64,000 nucleotides of DNA, taken from Octopus sinensis (lineage: Eukaryota). Both the position numbers and the translations under genes were made by a program. The number at the start of each line of letters is the position of its first letter. Within the stretch, counting starts at the first letter, position 1. This document shows positions 51,941 to 64,000 of the stretch, in pieces. The notes under the pieces are model-generated. The model was not told where the DNA came from. It did not search any database and worked only from the letters and a program-made list of their open reading frames with translations. The stretch spans positions 18,786,001 to 18,850,000 of the forward strand of contig NC_043001.1 in the NCBI RefSeq assembly GCF_006345805.1, given 5' to 3'.

Positions 51941-53099
51941 AGATTTCATCAGTTAGAGTGTGGCTGATACAAGGTTAACTAGGTGTGTGGTGGGATTAGT
52001 TTATAGTACTTGATCTCGGATGCTATACAGTCCATACAAGAATAATTGACGTTAAAACTGAACTAACAGAAGTAAACCCTAGTTTAATGGGGAATAAAAC
52101 AAGCTTTGCCTGATAATAAAGTTAGAGATCCCGAAGCAGCATGCCACATGTCTTAAACGTTACTCGTCCATAAAATTCGGTTAACAAGACTGAATTTAAC
52201 TAGGCTCAATTGGCATAGTAGATAAGGAGTTTAGTAGAAAGAAGAGAATTCTGCAGACTAAAGCAAGTTCAGCCACGTGATAGGATTTAGTCAATAAGAA
52301 TCGATCATACAAGAGTGCCTACGGATAGAAAGCTTTTCACTAGATTTCATTACCACAATATCGCCTAAAAGATTACAATTACACACTTGGCATGTGTGCC
52401 CGTGTGAAACTGAGAAAGAAGACAATGGATTCACTTACGGCTTTCAAATAAATATATATACTATTCATTACGTTTTCAGTGCTAAACAATGTACCAGGCT
52501 TATCGGCTGACCAATTACCAACAGAAACAAGCGATACATTGTAATGTGATATATTCAGATGTGTATGTGGGTGTATATGAGTGTGAATGTGTATGTGTGC
52601 GCACGTGTGGGCACATGTATTTTTATAAAGAGAGATAAATCGCTTGTGTGAGCACAGACAAATATATAGATTAGACACAGTTATTCAAATATATTTTTAA
52701 AAAAATATTGATATAACAACCACACAAAATAGCATAAACACAACACATACAGCCATAACAACAATTTTGATATTTAGCTATTAATTTGCTTCTATTTTTT
52801 ATCAGCTCATTCAGCAATATACACTTATGAAAAACATATATGAATTATTATTTTTTTTTCTTGAAATAATTAAAAAAAAATGTCTGAAATTTTTAATTAG
52901 GCTGTAGTTACTAGAAAATATGAAAGAGAAAAAAAATTGATTAATATCTCTTTGTCTCTTTCTAAATATGTATACGCACGTGCGTACGTGTGTGTGTGTG
53001 TGGTAGTGGTGGGGGGGGGCAGCATGGCAGAATAATCAAGGAGGTATCTTCGGAATCAAAAGATCTGGGTTCGAACATAATGTATAGTCATTTTGTAAA

Positions 53100-53420
53100 A
53101 ATCTTTTTTACTTGTTTCAGTCATTAGATTGCGACCATGCTGGGATACTGCTTTGGAATGTTTTAATCGAATACATGGACTTCACTAAATATTTCAAAGT
53201 CTGCTTCACATTCTATCTGTTTTCTTTATCGAACCGCTAAGTAATGGGGAGTCAAACAAACCAAGATAGGTTGTCAAGTGGTGAGCGGACACACACACAC
53301 ACACACACACACGCACGCACGTGCATACACACACACACACATTCCGTGCTATAGGACTGAACCCGAAGCTAAATTGTTACAAAGCGAGCTGCTTAACCCC
53401 AGAAACATGCCTGTGCCTAT
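53100..53420 (-). mobile_element. SINE-A degenerate copy
   Basis: ttttacttgtttcagtcattagattgcgaccatgctggg 3' end in reverse. Confidence 0.65.
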
Positions 53421-53704
53421 CCTGGGTAAACATCTCTTAAACTAACGTTTGATTTCCCCGTGTCTGTGGAAGGAAATAAAGTTGATGGAAACCGCTAGGA
53501 AACCAGTCACTGGAATTTATCTGTGACACAAAATATTGGTCATGTTACAATTTTTGCGACACTGATTACATGTGAAAATGGCGATAAAAGCCCACGTGTC
53601 TGTGGATCAAAACTGTCCATGGCATTTGAACCAACAAACTGTCGTGTATCGACAGGCGTAACCCATAAAGTTACGCATAGATAAACGCATACACTTATGG
53701 TTGC

Positions 53705-54110
53705 ATACATACATACATGCAAACATACATACATGCATACAAGCATGCATACATACATACATGCACACATACATACAAGCATGCATACATACATACATAC
53801 ACACATACATACAAACATACATACATACATACATACATACATGCATACACACATACATACAAACATGCATACATACATACAAACATGCATACACACATAC
53901 ATACATACATACATACATACAAACATGCATACATACATACATACATACACACATACATACATACATACATACATACAAACATGCATACATACATACACAC
54001 ATACACACATACATACAAACATACATACATACATACATACATACATACATACATACATCCATACATGCATACATACATACATACATACATACATACATGC
54101 ATACATACAT
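53705..54110. repeat. ~400 bp imperfect (CATA)n array
   Basis: Direct reading; source of several artefactual ORFs. Confidence 0.95.
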
Positions 54111-54854
54111 AACTACACTGACGAACGAATTTTCAGTTCCATAGACGTTTGCTATATCACTTCTTTTAGCATCGGAATCACATTAATAGACATGTTGAAA
54201 GATTTCCCAACATTCCATTACACATCCATTAGTAGGGTAATCCTGTAGGATTTCTGGAGTAACGTTAATCGAGAGGGTGTGTATTGCAAAGACCAGGGAA
54301 TCTCAGTATTGAGAGTACACAGATCTCAATGTGCGTGCATAATATATATATATATATATGTGAGTGTGTGTGTGTATGTGTGTGTGTGTGTGTATGTGTG
54401 TGTGTGTGTGTCAGTGTGTGTGTATGTGTGTGTATGTATATATATATATGTATATATATATATGTGTGTGTATATATAGTAGAAATATGTTACGAAAAGA
54501 AAATATAAAATACACGTGGAAATGTAAAGGTAAAATATGAAAAATCAACGAAAATGTACATTGCAAATAAAAAAAGGCCATTTATTATAGGTAACAACGT
54601 CTGTAATGTAAGTATGTATGCATGTATGTATGTATGTATGTATGTATGTATGTATGTATGTATGTATGTATGTATGTATGTATGTATGTATGTGTGAATG
54701 TATAGTGTTTCTGAACAAGTTTTGCATTGAAAACATGTACATCAATATACATACTTACATACATACATACATACATCAATATACATACATAACACATTCA
54801 TACATGCATAATACTACATACATACATACATACATACATACATACTTACATACT

Positions 54855-54956
<102 letters not shown>

Positions 54957-55164
54957 GTATATAATATTCGAAAATTATAAGAATATATGAATGATGCTAG
55001 ATAAGGAAAAGAGCTAAAGTTTTGCTATAAAGTTGGAATAATTTAAGGAAATGGGTGAAATAATAAGGATCAATTTCATAATTCCACAGAAATGACACAT
55101 TTTGATGTATCGATTTATGATCTAATGATAACAACAACAACTACACACACAGATATGCATATAC

Positions 55165-55203
<39 letters not shown>

Positions 55204-55579
55204 AATATAACGATTTAGGAGTGACCCCAACAGGTCACTCGTCCACCAGAAAGAGCAGCCATAACTCACACCGCCAAGTATTATTAATTCAGAATTAGGT
55301 GAAAATTTAAAAACATTTACCCTAATTCATCTTTTAGACGTTGCACGTTTTCGTGTCATTAATGATTAAATTAGCTTAATTAAATTAAATTAAGCCAATC
55401 TACCATAGGTTACACTTCATCAGTAAAGACCTGGGAGAGACAAATATACACGAGGCGTCTGTATCGAAGCCTACGGGATATCTGACTTAAAATTTTCAAG
55501 ACTGACGTATTCGGCGCCAAACTTATCAACAGTAAATATAAACTGCCGATTCAATCTCAGAATTATTCAGAAATTATCA

Positions 55580-55755
55580 ATTAGTCATTTAGGGTAGCAG
55601 AAAAATTCAATAGAAATTTATCGCAACCAGCGCCTGGTGAAAAAGAGAAAATAGTCATCGACTATATTTAGTCGATGACTATTTTCTCTTTTTCACCAGG
55701 CCGCTGGTTGCGATAAATTTCTATTGAATTTTTCTGCTACCCTAAATTGACTAAT
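55580..55755. repeat. Near-perfect palindrome (~85 bp arms, 4 nt loop) abutting (TA)n
   Basis: attagtcatttaggg...gacta tatt tagtc...ccctaaattgactaat. Confidence 0.95.
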
Positions 55756-55772
55756 ATATATATATATATATA

Positions 55773-56500
55773 TGATTGATTGATTGATTCTAGTTTCAGC
55801 TTATGAGCTGTGGCCATGCTGGGGCACCGCCATTTGGTGTTGCTACTTGGTTTCACTTCATGGAGGCTTTCTAGCAGCTGCTATTTGGTGCATGAGAGAG
55901 TTCGATGCAGCTGCCCTCATCTGCCCCTCCTGCCGTGAAGTTGGTTCATCTGGGACACCTGACAGGAAGAGATCCAGCTTCATTTTAAAGACATCTGTAT
56001 CCACCCCATGCAGGTCTCTCAGGTTCTTCGGGAGGATATTGAAGAGCTGTGGGCCTCGGAAGCCCAGGCTATCACAGTATCTTGTCCTACATCTTGATGG
56101 CGGTTTGGAGTCCTAGGCACCACGCAGTGGCGCCCAGTTTTCTCTGTATGTTGGCGTAACTCTCGATGCCAAAGTTCAGGACACTTCCCTCCAGGATCTT
56201 CCAGATGTATATTATGGCATATCTTTCCCGCCTACGCTCCAGGGAATATATTTTAATCTCTTGAGTCTTTTCCCAGTAGCTTACATTCTGCATAGAGGCT
56301 ATCTTCTTTGTGTAGCTTCGTTGGATCGCCTCAAGTTCTGTGATCACTTGACACTGGATGGTGACCATAGCTGAGAGCAATAGTCAAAGTGCTTAGGACA
56401 AGTGTCTTCCAGAGGACCATCATGGTTTCTTGTTCTCTTGTTCTAAAGGTTCTAAGAATCCATCCAGCCAGCCGTCTACATTTCATTGTCAGTTTATATA
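55773..56500 (-). mobile_element. Second CR1-group LINE family, 3' fragment with (AATC)n tail
   Basis: LEAIQRSYTKKI..YSLERRRERYAIIYIWKILEG; tail gattgattgattgatt on the + strand. Confidence 0.88.
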
Positions 56501-56747
56501 TATACCATACGTAAAGTTAAAAACCGTGTTACATGGATACTTGTCTGAATGTGCTAATATCTGTGTCTTTGCCAAGCCATTGCTGTCACTAAGTGAATTT
56601 TATATATGAATATATGAATATGATGAATACGATGAATATAATCATTGTGTTTGTGCATCTCTGGCGGGAATAGTCTAACATTAAAGAATATATGGGTTTT
56701 ATATGAGTTCTCGCATTTTATGCGTCAATTTTGCATGCATATGTATG

Positions 56748-56786
<39 letters not shown>

Positions 56787-57784
56787 TCATACATATATAT
56801 ACACATACATATATATATATATATACATTTATATATATATAGACACATACATATATATAACATATATATATATACATATTTATATAACTATATATAAACA
56901 CAGACACACAACCACACAGACACACACACACACCACACACCCACACACACACACACACACACATATATATCTATATAGACACACAATATGAATATGTATA
57001 TATATAATATGGATTGTATATTTATATATATATATATATATATATATAATATCTATATAATATATATAAATGAATATATGCATATATGTATATATACATA
57101 TATGTGCATATGTATAATTTATAATACATATATACATACATACATATACATATGTATATATATATATATATTTATACATACATACATATATATTTATTTA
57201 TATATATATATACATATGCATATATAGATTATACATATATATACATATATAATATAAGCCAACAAGATACCCACACGTATAGGCATACATTTATGGACGC
57301 ACCGATGGAGTAAGATACATAAATATTTATGCTTCAGTATGACGACGTGAAAGTTGAAGAATCAACAGAAAGTCTCGCTTGCATTTATTAGTTCATATCT
57401 CGCTGGGGTAAAAAGTTTCCTATCACCAAGGATTTATAAAATAAGTACCAGTCAGATACTGAGACCTAATTATTCGATACTCTAAGATAATCGATACTCC
57501 AAACGTAATCGTTACTCTAAAATGTGTGACTTTTTTCAATGTTAAAAAATTAAAATATTTTATAATATTGGTTTCTTACATTGGTTTAAGAGTATATTTT
57601 TAAAGAATATATTGTGGACTAATGAACCGTAGACATTCCTGGTATTAGGTTTATTCGTCTGGCTTTCAAAGATTATCGGTGAGATTAACCGGAACTGAAT
57701 GCCGTTTGGGATTTAAGCACTCGCAGAAACAATTTCTTCGGTTTTTCACACACACACGTATATACATACATACAAATATAGGTT

Positions 57785-58050
57785 ATGAGAGGTAGTGGTG
57801 TCAGTGAGACCCAAATGTGTCAAGTAATGCTGAATAAGTGCTATGGATAGACCATAGTTAAGTTCCAGGTGCGGTGATTATGCAAATATGGGGTTCAGCT
57901 TAGGTCATATATCAGAGTGTGTATATAAATAATTTTTCCGTAATGAGATAAAAAAAAACCCCCAGGCTGTGGAGATTTTTAGAACATTTTAAATGTCCTA
58001 AAATCTACACAGCTTTGGTCTTTCATCTCATTACGGAATATATAAATATT
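57785..58050. mobile_element. Homologue of the 11497 element with a shortened centre, abutting (TA)n
   Basis: gaggtagtggtgtcagtgagacccaaatgtgtc... shared with 11497; inverted arms ccgtaatgagataaaa / ttcatctcattacgg. Confidence 0.75.
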
Positions 58051-58081
58051 ATATATATATATATAATATATATATATATAT

Positions 58082-58125
<44 letters not shown>

Positions 58126-58374
58126 GGATATATATATATCTATGTGTGTGTGTATAAATAATATTATATTACAAGAGGAGTGGTGGTGGAGGCCAACAAG
58201 TCGAAACTTATAAAAGTCTTTGTCACCGCTCTTGTAAAGTGTTATGAATATTATTGTACAAGAAATATGAAATAACCTTCAATTTATTGTAAAATTGTTT
58301 TTAACTCCATCTAATAACATACATGTTATACACACACACACACATATGGATGTATCTGTGTATCTATGTATATG

Positions 58375-58498
<124 letters not shown>

Positions 58499-58619
58499 TA
58501 CATACATATATATATATACACATATATATATATATATGTATATATGTATAATATATATACATATAAATATACATATATAGATATACATATATATATATAT
58601 ATATATATCAATATATATA

Positions 58620-58665
<46 letters not shown>

Positions 58666-59065
58666 GTTGTTGTGTATGTATCTATATATAAAGATAGATA
58701 GATATGCATACAGACATACATAGTTTGCTGTTCCATTAACGCAAGATCAACAAAAGAACACTCCATATTGTGAGAGATAAATGTCATTTAATGTACACAA
58801 TATAAAGATAGGAACAACTAATAGTTTCTTGCTGTGAAGAGACGCGACTGCGCAGGATTTTGTCATGTGCTGTGTACCTCCTTGTACACAGATACTTACA
58901 AACATACATACATATAGTGGGTGACTGCACGTGTGTGTATCTATGCGTTATGCATATATGTGTTTGCGTGCGTCCGTGTGTGTATATGTGCATATATTGA
59001 AGGAGAGAAAGAGGAATGAGAGAGTAGCAGTAGGAGAAAGGCATAATTGTGATATCTTGTATATT

Positions 59066-59195
59066 GTTCCGCCGAGGTCAACTTTGCCTTTCATCCTTTC
59101 GGGGTTGATAAATTAAGTACCAGTTGCATACTGGGGTCGATCTAATCGACTGCCTCCATCACCCCAAATTTTGGGTTTTGTGCCTAGAGTAGAAA
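59066..59195 (+). mobile_element. SINE-B body fragment
   Basis: ccgccgaggtcaactttgcctttcatcctttcgggg. Confidence 0.8.
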
Positions 59196-59733
59196 AGAAT
59201 ATATCGCATGTTATTGAGGAATGACCGAATACTGACGTATCGTCTCATGATTTCTGAATTAATATCTACTGTATGCATTTTGCGCGCGCGTATGTGTGTT
59301 TGTATGTGTGTGTGTGTGTGTGTTTCTGGATGTGTGAGTGTGTGTCTTTAGTCTTTACGTGTATGCGTTTGTTCATGTGCCGAACACTCTACATTTAGTT
59401 TTTTCTACCTTAAATCTCTTGAGTATTGTAAACTGATTCCACATCTTTTGGAAGCCTTATCTGTTTTGCCTTGGTGTTTCTTCAATTGATTTTATCATTC
59501 CAAATTTTGTCTCCTTAACGCTACAAAACTTAACACTAGTCATCGGATTTATTAGGCTATGTAGAACATTCTCACACATTCGATTATTGTCATTGTGTCT
59601 CATGTATGTATGTATGTATGTAGATAGGCAGTCAGGTAGATATGTATGTATATATATATATGGTATATATATATGTTTATATGTATATAAATATATATAT
59701 ATAAATAATATATATATATATTATATTATATAT

Positions 59734-59764
<31 letters not shown>

Positions 59765-59833
59765 TATATATATATATCTATATATATATATATATGTATG
59801 TATATATATATATATCTATGTATATTATATATA

Positions 59834-59878
<45 letters not shown>

Positions 59879-60920
59879 GTATATATATACTATATACACA
59901 CACACATAATATTATTGTAGGGCTGTGTATTTTTAATGTATGACTGTATTTGTTAGAGGAGAAGGATCTCTAATTTATCGTTCCATCTTGTCTTCAGAAT
60001 TGGAAATATTTCAACAACCCTTCGCATAATCTCAGTTTCTGTTTGGTGGAATTTCCAAAAGAAGCGAACGAACCGTCTAACGCCATACAACCTTTCGACT
60101 TCGAATTTACTCTGCTTTTATTGTTCCTAGATGGAACTGATATATACTGTCACAAGCATTTCCCGTTCCCCCAAGATTTATTACGTTTAGTTTGATATTG
60201 TTGTCCCATACAAGATTTCACGCACACATTGCTAATCACCGAATTGGCATTTTTCAATAGGAAGTAAAACTTTTTCTAATAAAATGTTATTGCAAATTGC
60301 CATGGACCCTAAAACGAGAGAATCCATTCTGTGTTATTCTATGGACCCAGTTATATTCCTGATTTAATTGTCAATATAATAGCTTGCGTAAATTCTGACA
60401 GTTAACTTTTATTAGCACTATATAACGCATTCTTCGTTCTATTTAAGAAATTTTGATTTCGTATTAAGTTGTCGAGTCTTTATTGAAAGCTTTTATGTTC
60501 ACAAAGAAAGAATCTGGAGATTTCTACAGATTCTTCAAACAACTGATCGACACCAGACTATATTGCCTTGCATCTAACGGGAGAGAGAACAGATATATCA
60601 TAGTCGTACCTTTCCATTTGTGAAGCGGATAAGTGCAACAACACCAACCACGAAAGCTCTTCATTTTAACACACGAAAGTTCTGTGTGTGAATACATAAT
60701 ATATTGTTTTGGGGTTTATCAGCTAAATTCGTTCATTTCTTTAACAATTTGTTTTTTTTTCTTTCTCAATGTTATTTGAATAAAAACGAGAAATGTTTTT
60801 ATCGTAGATTTTTACGTTTTTGTAGCTTTATTCTTACGCTACAGCTTTTGTTTATGATGTTTGAAAGTTGAATAAATTTTACCTTTATCTAGACATATTA
60901 TAATGGAGTGCCAGATAGAA

Positions 60921-60937
60921 ACACCACCACCACCACC

Positions 60938-60985
<48 letters not shown>

Positions 60986-61094
60986 AATAATAATAATCAT
61001 GATAATAATAATAATAATAACAATAATAATAATAATGATAATAATGATAATAATAATAATAATAATAATAATTATAATAATAATAATAATAATA

Positions 61095-61161
<67 letters not shown>

Positions 61162-61162
61162 A
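60921..61162. repeat. Compound trinucleotide array (CAC)n(AAC)n(AAT)n(GAA)n
   Basis: Direct reading. Confidence 0.95.
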
Positions 61163-61938
61163 AAATCCGAATGAATTCAGGTGATGAGCCAGTATATATT
61201 TTTCTAAGAGCAAATTCATGAACTCAAAGAAGGTGAAAATTTAAAGATTTCTTTCCTTACATGAAACTCATTGGACCCATGCATTTGTTGAACTTATTAA
61301 TCTTGAAATTTGAGTGTAATAAAACAGTATAATATTGGATATTTAGAGACAAGAAAATACGTACTAGGTATCTGGTTTCTAAAAAGATTTTTAGATTAAG
61401 CTTCATTTTTTAAAATCCAGCGGCTCTACATTTTAGGTGCACGCTCCGAGAGTTTAAAAGAAACATTGAACGGATATCAGAACGGGATCTCTTTAAGTTT
61501 ATATTCACGCAAGAGTGAACGAATAATATTCTCATAACATTCTCAATTCAGTTTATATGAGTGAACGAATATTATTCCCCTAACATTCTCAATTCAGTTT
61601 ATAAGAATCGATCTTGTGAATATTACAATAGCGTTTTTTCCCCCTCTCTGAGATACTATCTCACAGAGGAGACTTTCAATCTCACTAGCATTTACCTATA
61701 ACTATTAATGACACAAATCATTTCTGATACACTGGTTTTATATAACGGATATTTTATTGCATCACTGAGTCGTAGTGGTATTTCTGTTTTCAGCAGGCCT
61801 TTTATATTTGATAACATCTGTTTCATTATTATGGAGATATTAACTTTACGCAGATTCCTATGCATAAAGACTTTATGTTAGGCCATATGTATGTATATAT
61901 ATATATATATATACTATATATATATATATATATAATAG

Positions 61939-61969
<31 letters not shown>

Positions 61970-62028
61970 TATATTATATTATATAATATGTATGTATGTA
62001 TGGAATATATATATTCATACATGCATAT

Positions 62029-62059
<31 letters not shown>

Positions 62060-62382
62060 CATAGGTGCACAAACCTATATCAATATGCATGCATTAGCGT
62101 CTGTAAATATATATACACAATCACACACACACATAAATATATATATATATATGCACATATGGGGTGCGTGCGTGCGTGTATGCATGTATGTACATATGTT
62201 TGTATGTATCTTTGTATACACACACATAAGCATAGATATATATGATTGAATCTGCTATTCTCTCCTGATTGAAGAAATCTGATAGTCGATGCAACAAAAT
62301 CTCGCAAACGTGGTTTATTTGAAAGCCGAATTTATATATTTAAAACTGCAACGAATTGTCTGGTATGCTTTGTTTTTGACAG

Positions 62383-62500
62383 ATGTAGAAACGCATAGCA
62401 ACATCAGAACCAACAGTTGTAGCATCAGATGTATTAACAGCCCTATGGGATTGCCTTTTGCCAACAATCAAAAGCTCATATGTACGACAACAGCAGGAGG
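62383..62500 (+). CDS. Candidate isolated internal coding exon of an unidentified gene
   Basis: Acceptor tgctttgtttttgacag and donor GAGG|gtaagt; open frames KRIATSEPTVVASDVLTALWDCLLPTIKSSYVRQQQE (from the AG at 62388) or VETHSNIRTNSCSIRCINSPMGLPFANNQKLICTTTAG. Confidence 0.35.
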
Positions 62501-62539
62501 GTAAGTCATCAACTACGAAACATCAAGATAGGGAAGATA

Positions 62540-62731
62540 TGTTAAAGAGAAGATATGTTTGCATATATTTGCTTCAAATATAATGATTGAGACATAATGA
62601 CTAGATTAATGAAGCAGCACACGATTGTTCTAAATTGAACAATAACTGTAATCAAGCAATTCGGTTTTATATACGCTGCTTCTCTGGCAGTGACCTCTTA
62701 GTTTCTTGGTTAACCATTCGAAACATTATCA

Positions 62732-62775
<44 letters not shown>

Positions 62776-63442
62776 CAGGGTAGGAGAGATATATTCGGTC
62801 ATATTGAGTAATTTAATAAAACAATTCTAATCTAGTCAAGACCAGATGTACTTTAATAAAAATTTGTGCATATGTTCTCGATAAGCTTTCATCTAAGACT
62901 GTAATAGGAATCCGCCTTCGGTTTCGACGACTGCTTCAGTGGAGGCGCAATGGCCCAGGGGTTAGGGCAGCGGACTTGCGGTCGTAAGAACGCAGTTTCG
63001 ATTCCCAGACTGGGCATTGTGATTTTATTGAGAAAAAACACCTAAAGCTCCACGACACTCCGGCGGAGTGGGTGGTGAACCCCGCTGTACTCTTTCCCCA
63101 CAACTTTCTCTCACTCTTTCTTCATACTTCTGACACAAAGCAGAGGAACCATAGTGTAACCCACTATGGTGTGTTAAACTTTCAGACTTAGTCTAGATTG
63201 CAAATCCTCTGTACCCCAGGATGGTTCGGCTCTCCACCCGTTAAAAGCCACCGTTTACGGAATGAGGATAACAACGTAGCTTTCGCGCCCGTGCAACCGC
63301 CAGTCTATCGCGTGTGGTGGGTGGATCTTCAAGTTGCCGCACGCATTCTTAGTAGCTTAGAGTAGTCTCGAATTAGAGAATATTCTTTGTGGCTAATGGC
63401 GTGAGTCCTGATTGGAAGAAGAAGAAGAAGAAGACAGCAACA
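62540..63442 (+). repeat. Copy 2 of the ~0.9 kb dispersed repeat, including SINE-C at 62939-63432
   Basis: Colinear with 3630-4534. Confidence 0.95.
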
Positions 63443-63939
63443 TGTTTTTTGCAGCTAGATGGGTTTACAGAACAGAACATTGAATACTGAAATAAACTAC
63501 TTTATTTCACGGTTTAGTTTTCATTGAAGTCCAACGTTAGCAGGAGCGTAGAATCATACGTGTATCTATGCTACATTCACACTCTATTGTATGTATACAC
63601 GCACGCACACACACGTATGAACATACGTACGCAAGTGTATATAATATCTATGCATCATTATGCATCTTTGCAGAACGCTGTGTTCATTCCGTATTCGTTT
63701 CGTTGTTTCCATGTAATAAAGTTTCGGAAACGAAGCTATTTTTATCATTAACAAATACGCTGGTTTGTAAACTAATAATTTCATTTGAGATGAAATACAG
63801 CGAGTAGACTGAAAGAAAATGAAGCAGCTTTCTCAAGGTTACACTACACCGTCCTGTCTGTGATATAAAGCCAACAATGGTTCACAATCACCCTTCATTT
63901 CTCGATCCCTGATTTGGTGCGTTTTACTCTCTGTTACTC

Positions 63940-64000
63940 CCTTTTACTAGTTTCAGTCATTTGAGTGCGGCCATGATGGAGCACCGCCTTTAGTCGAGCA
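63940..64000 (-). mobile_element. SINE-A 3' end, cut by the window edge
   Basis: ttttactagtttcagtcatttgagtgcggccatgatggagcaccgcc. Confidence 0.85.

Noticed and set aside
53540-54248. 130-190 aa ORFs
   Set aside because: Translations of the (CATA)n array.
59998-60195. 65-codon open frame after a good acceptor (ttgtcttcag)
   Set aside because: No convincing donor or protein motif; it cannot be separated from chance.
60610-60680. Minus-strand mini-exon MKSFRGWCCCTYPLHKWK with AAG|gtacga donor
   Set aside because: Supported by splice-like signals only.

Overview
AT-rich, repeat-saturated eukaryotic DNA, probably intronic or intergenic. The microsatellite load and tRNA-derived SINE families suggest an octopus/cephalopod genome (inference from recall, not searched). 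I recognise no intact host gene, and most ORF-track entries are microsatellite or TE artefacts. Contents: three tRNA-derived SINE families (called A, B and C here); CR1-group LINE copies (largest 31935-34776, with APE endonuclease and RT, nested in a SINE); RTE fragments; Tc1/mariner remnants and a mini-MITE; two Helentron-type (HINE) elements; a decayed Penelope GIY-YIG domain; and one isolated candidate exon (62383-62500). Most interesting: (1) SINE-B occurs as head-(body)n multimers bounded by single TSDs, with junctions at an internal GGTATT that matches the element's 3' end. (2) Several small (TA)n-embedded elements carry hammerhead-ribozyme motifs; one (46849-46903) is nearly complete. 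(3) Fold-back palindromes recur beside (TA)n tracts. (4) An ~0.9 kb composite repeat is present twice, 59 kb apart. Repeat boundaries are approximate unless a TSD is given.
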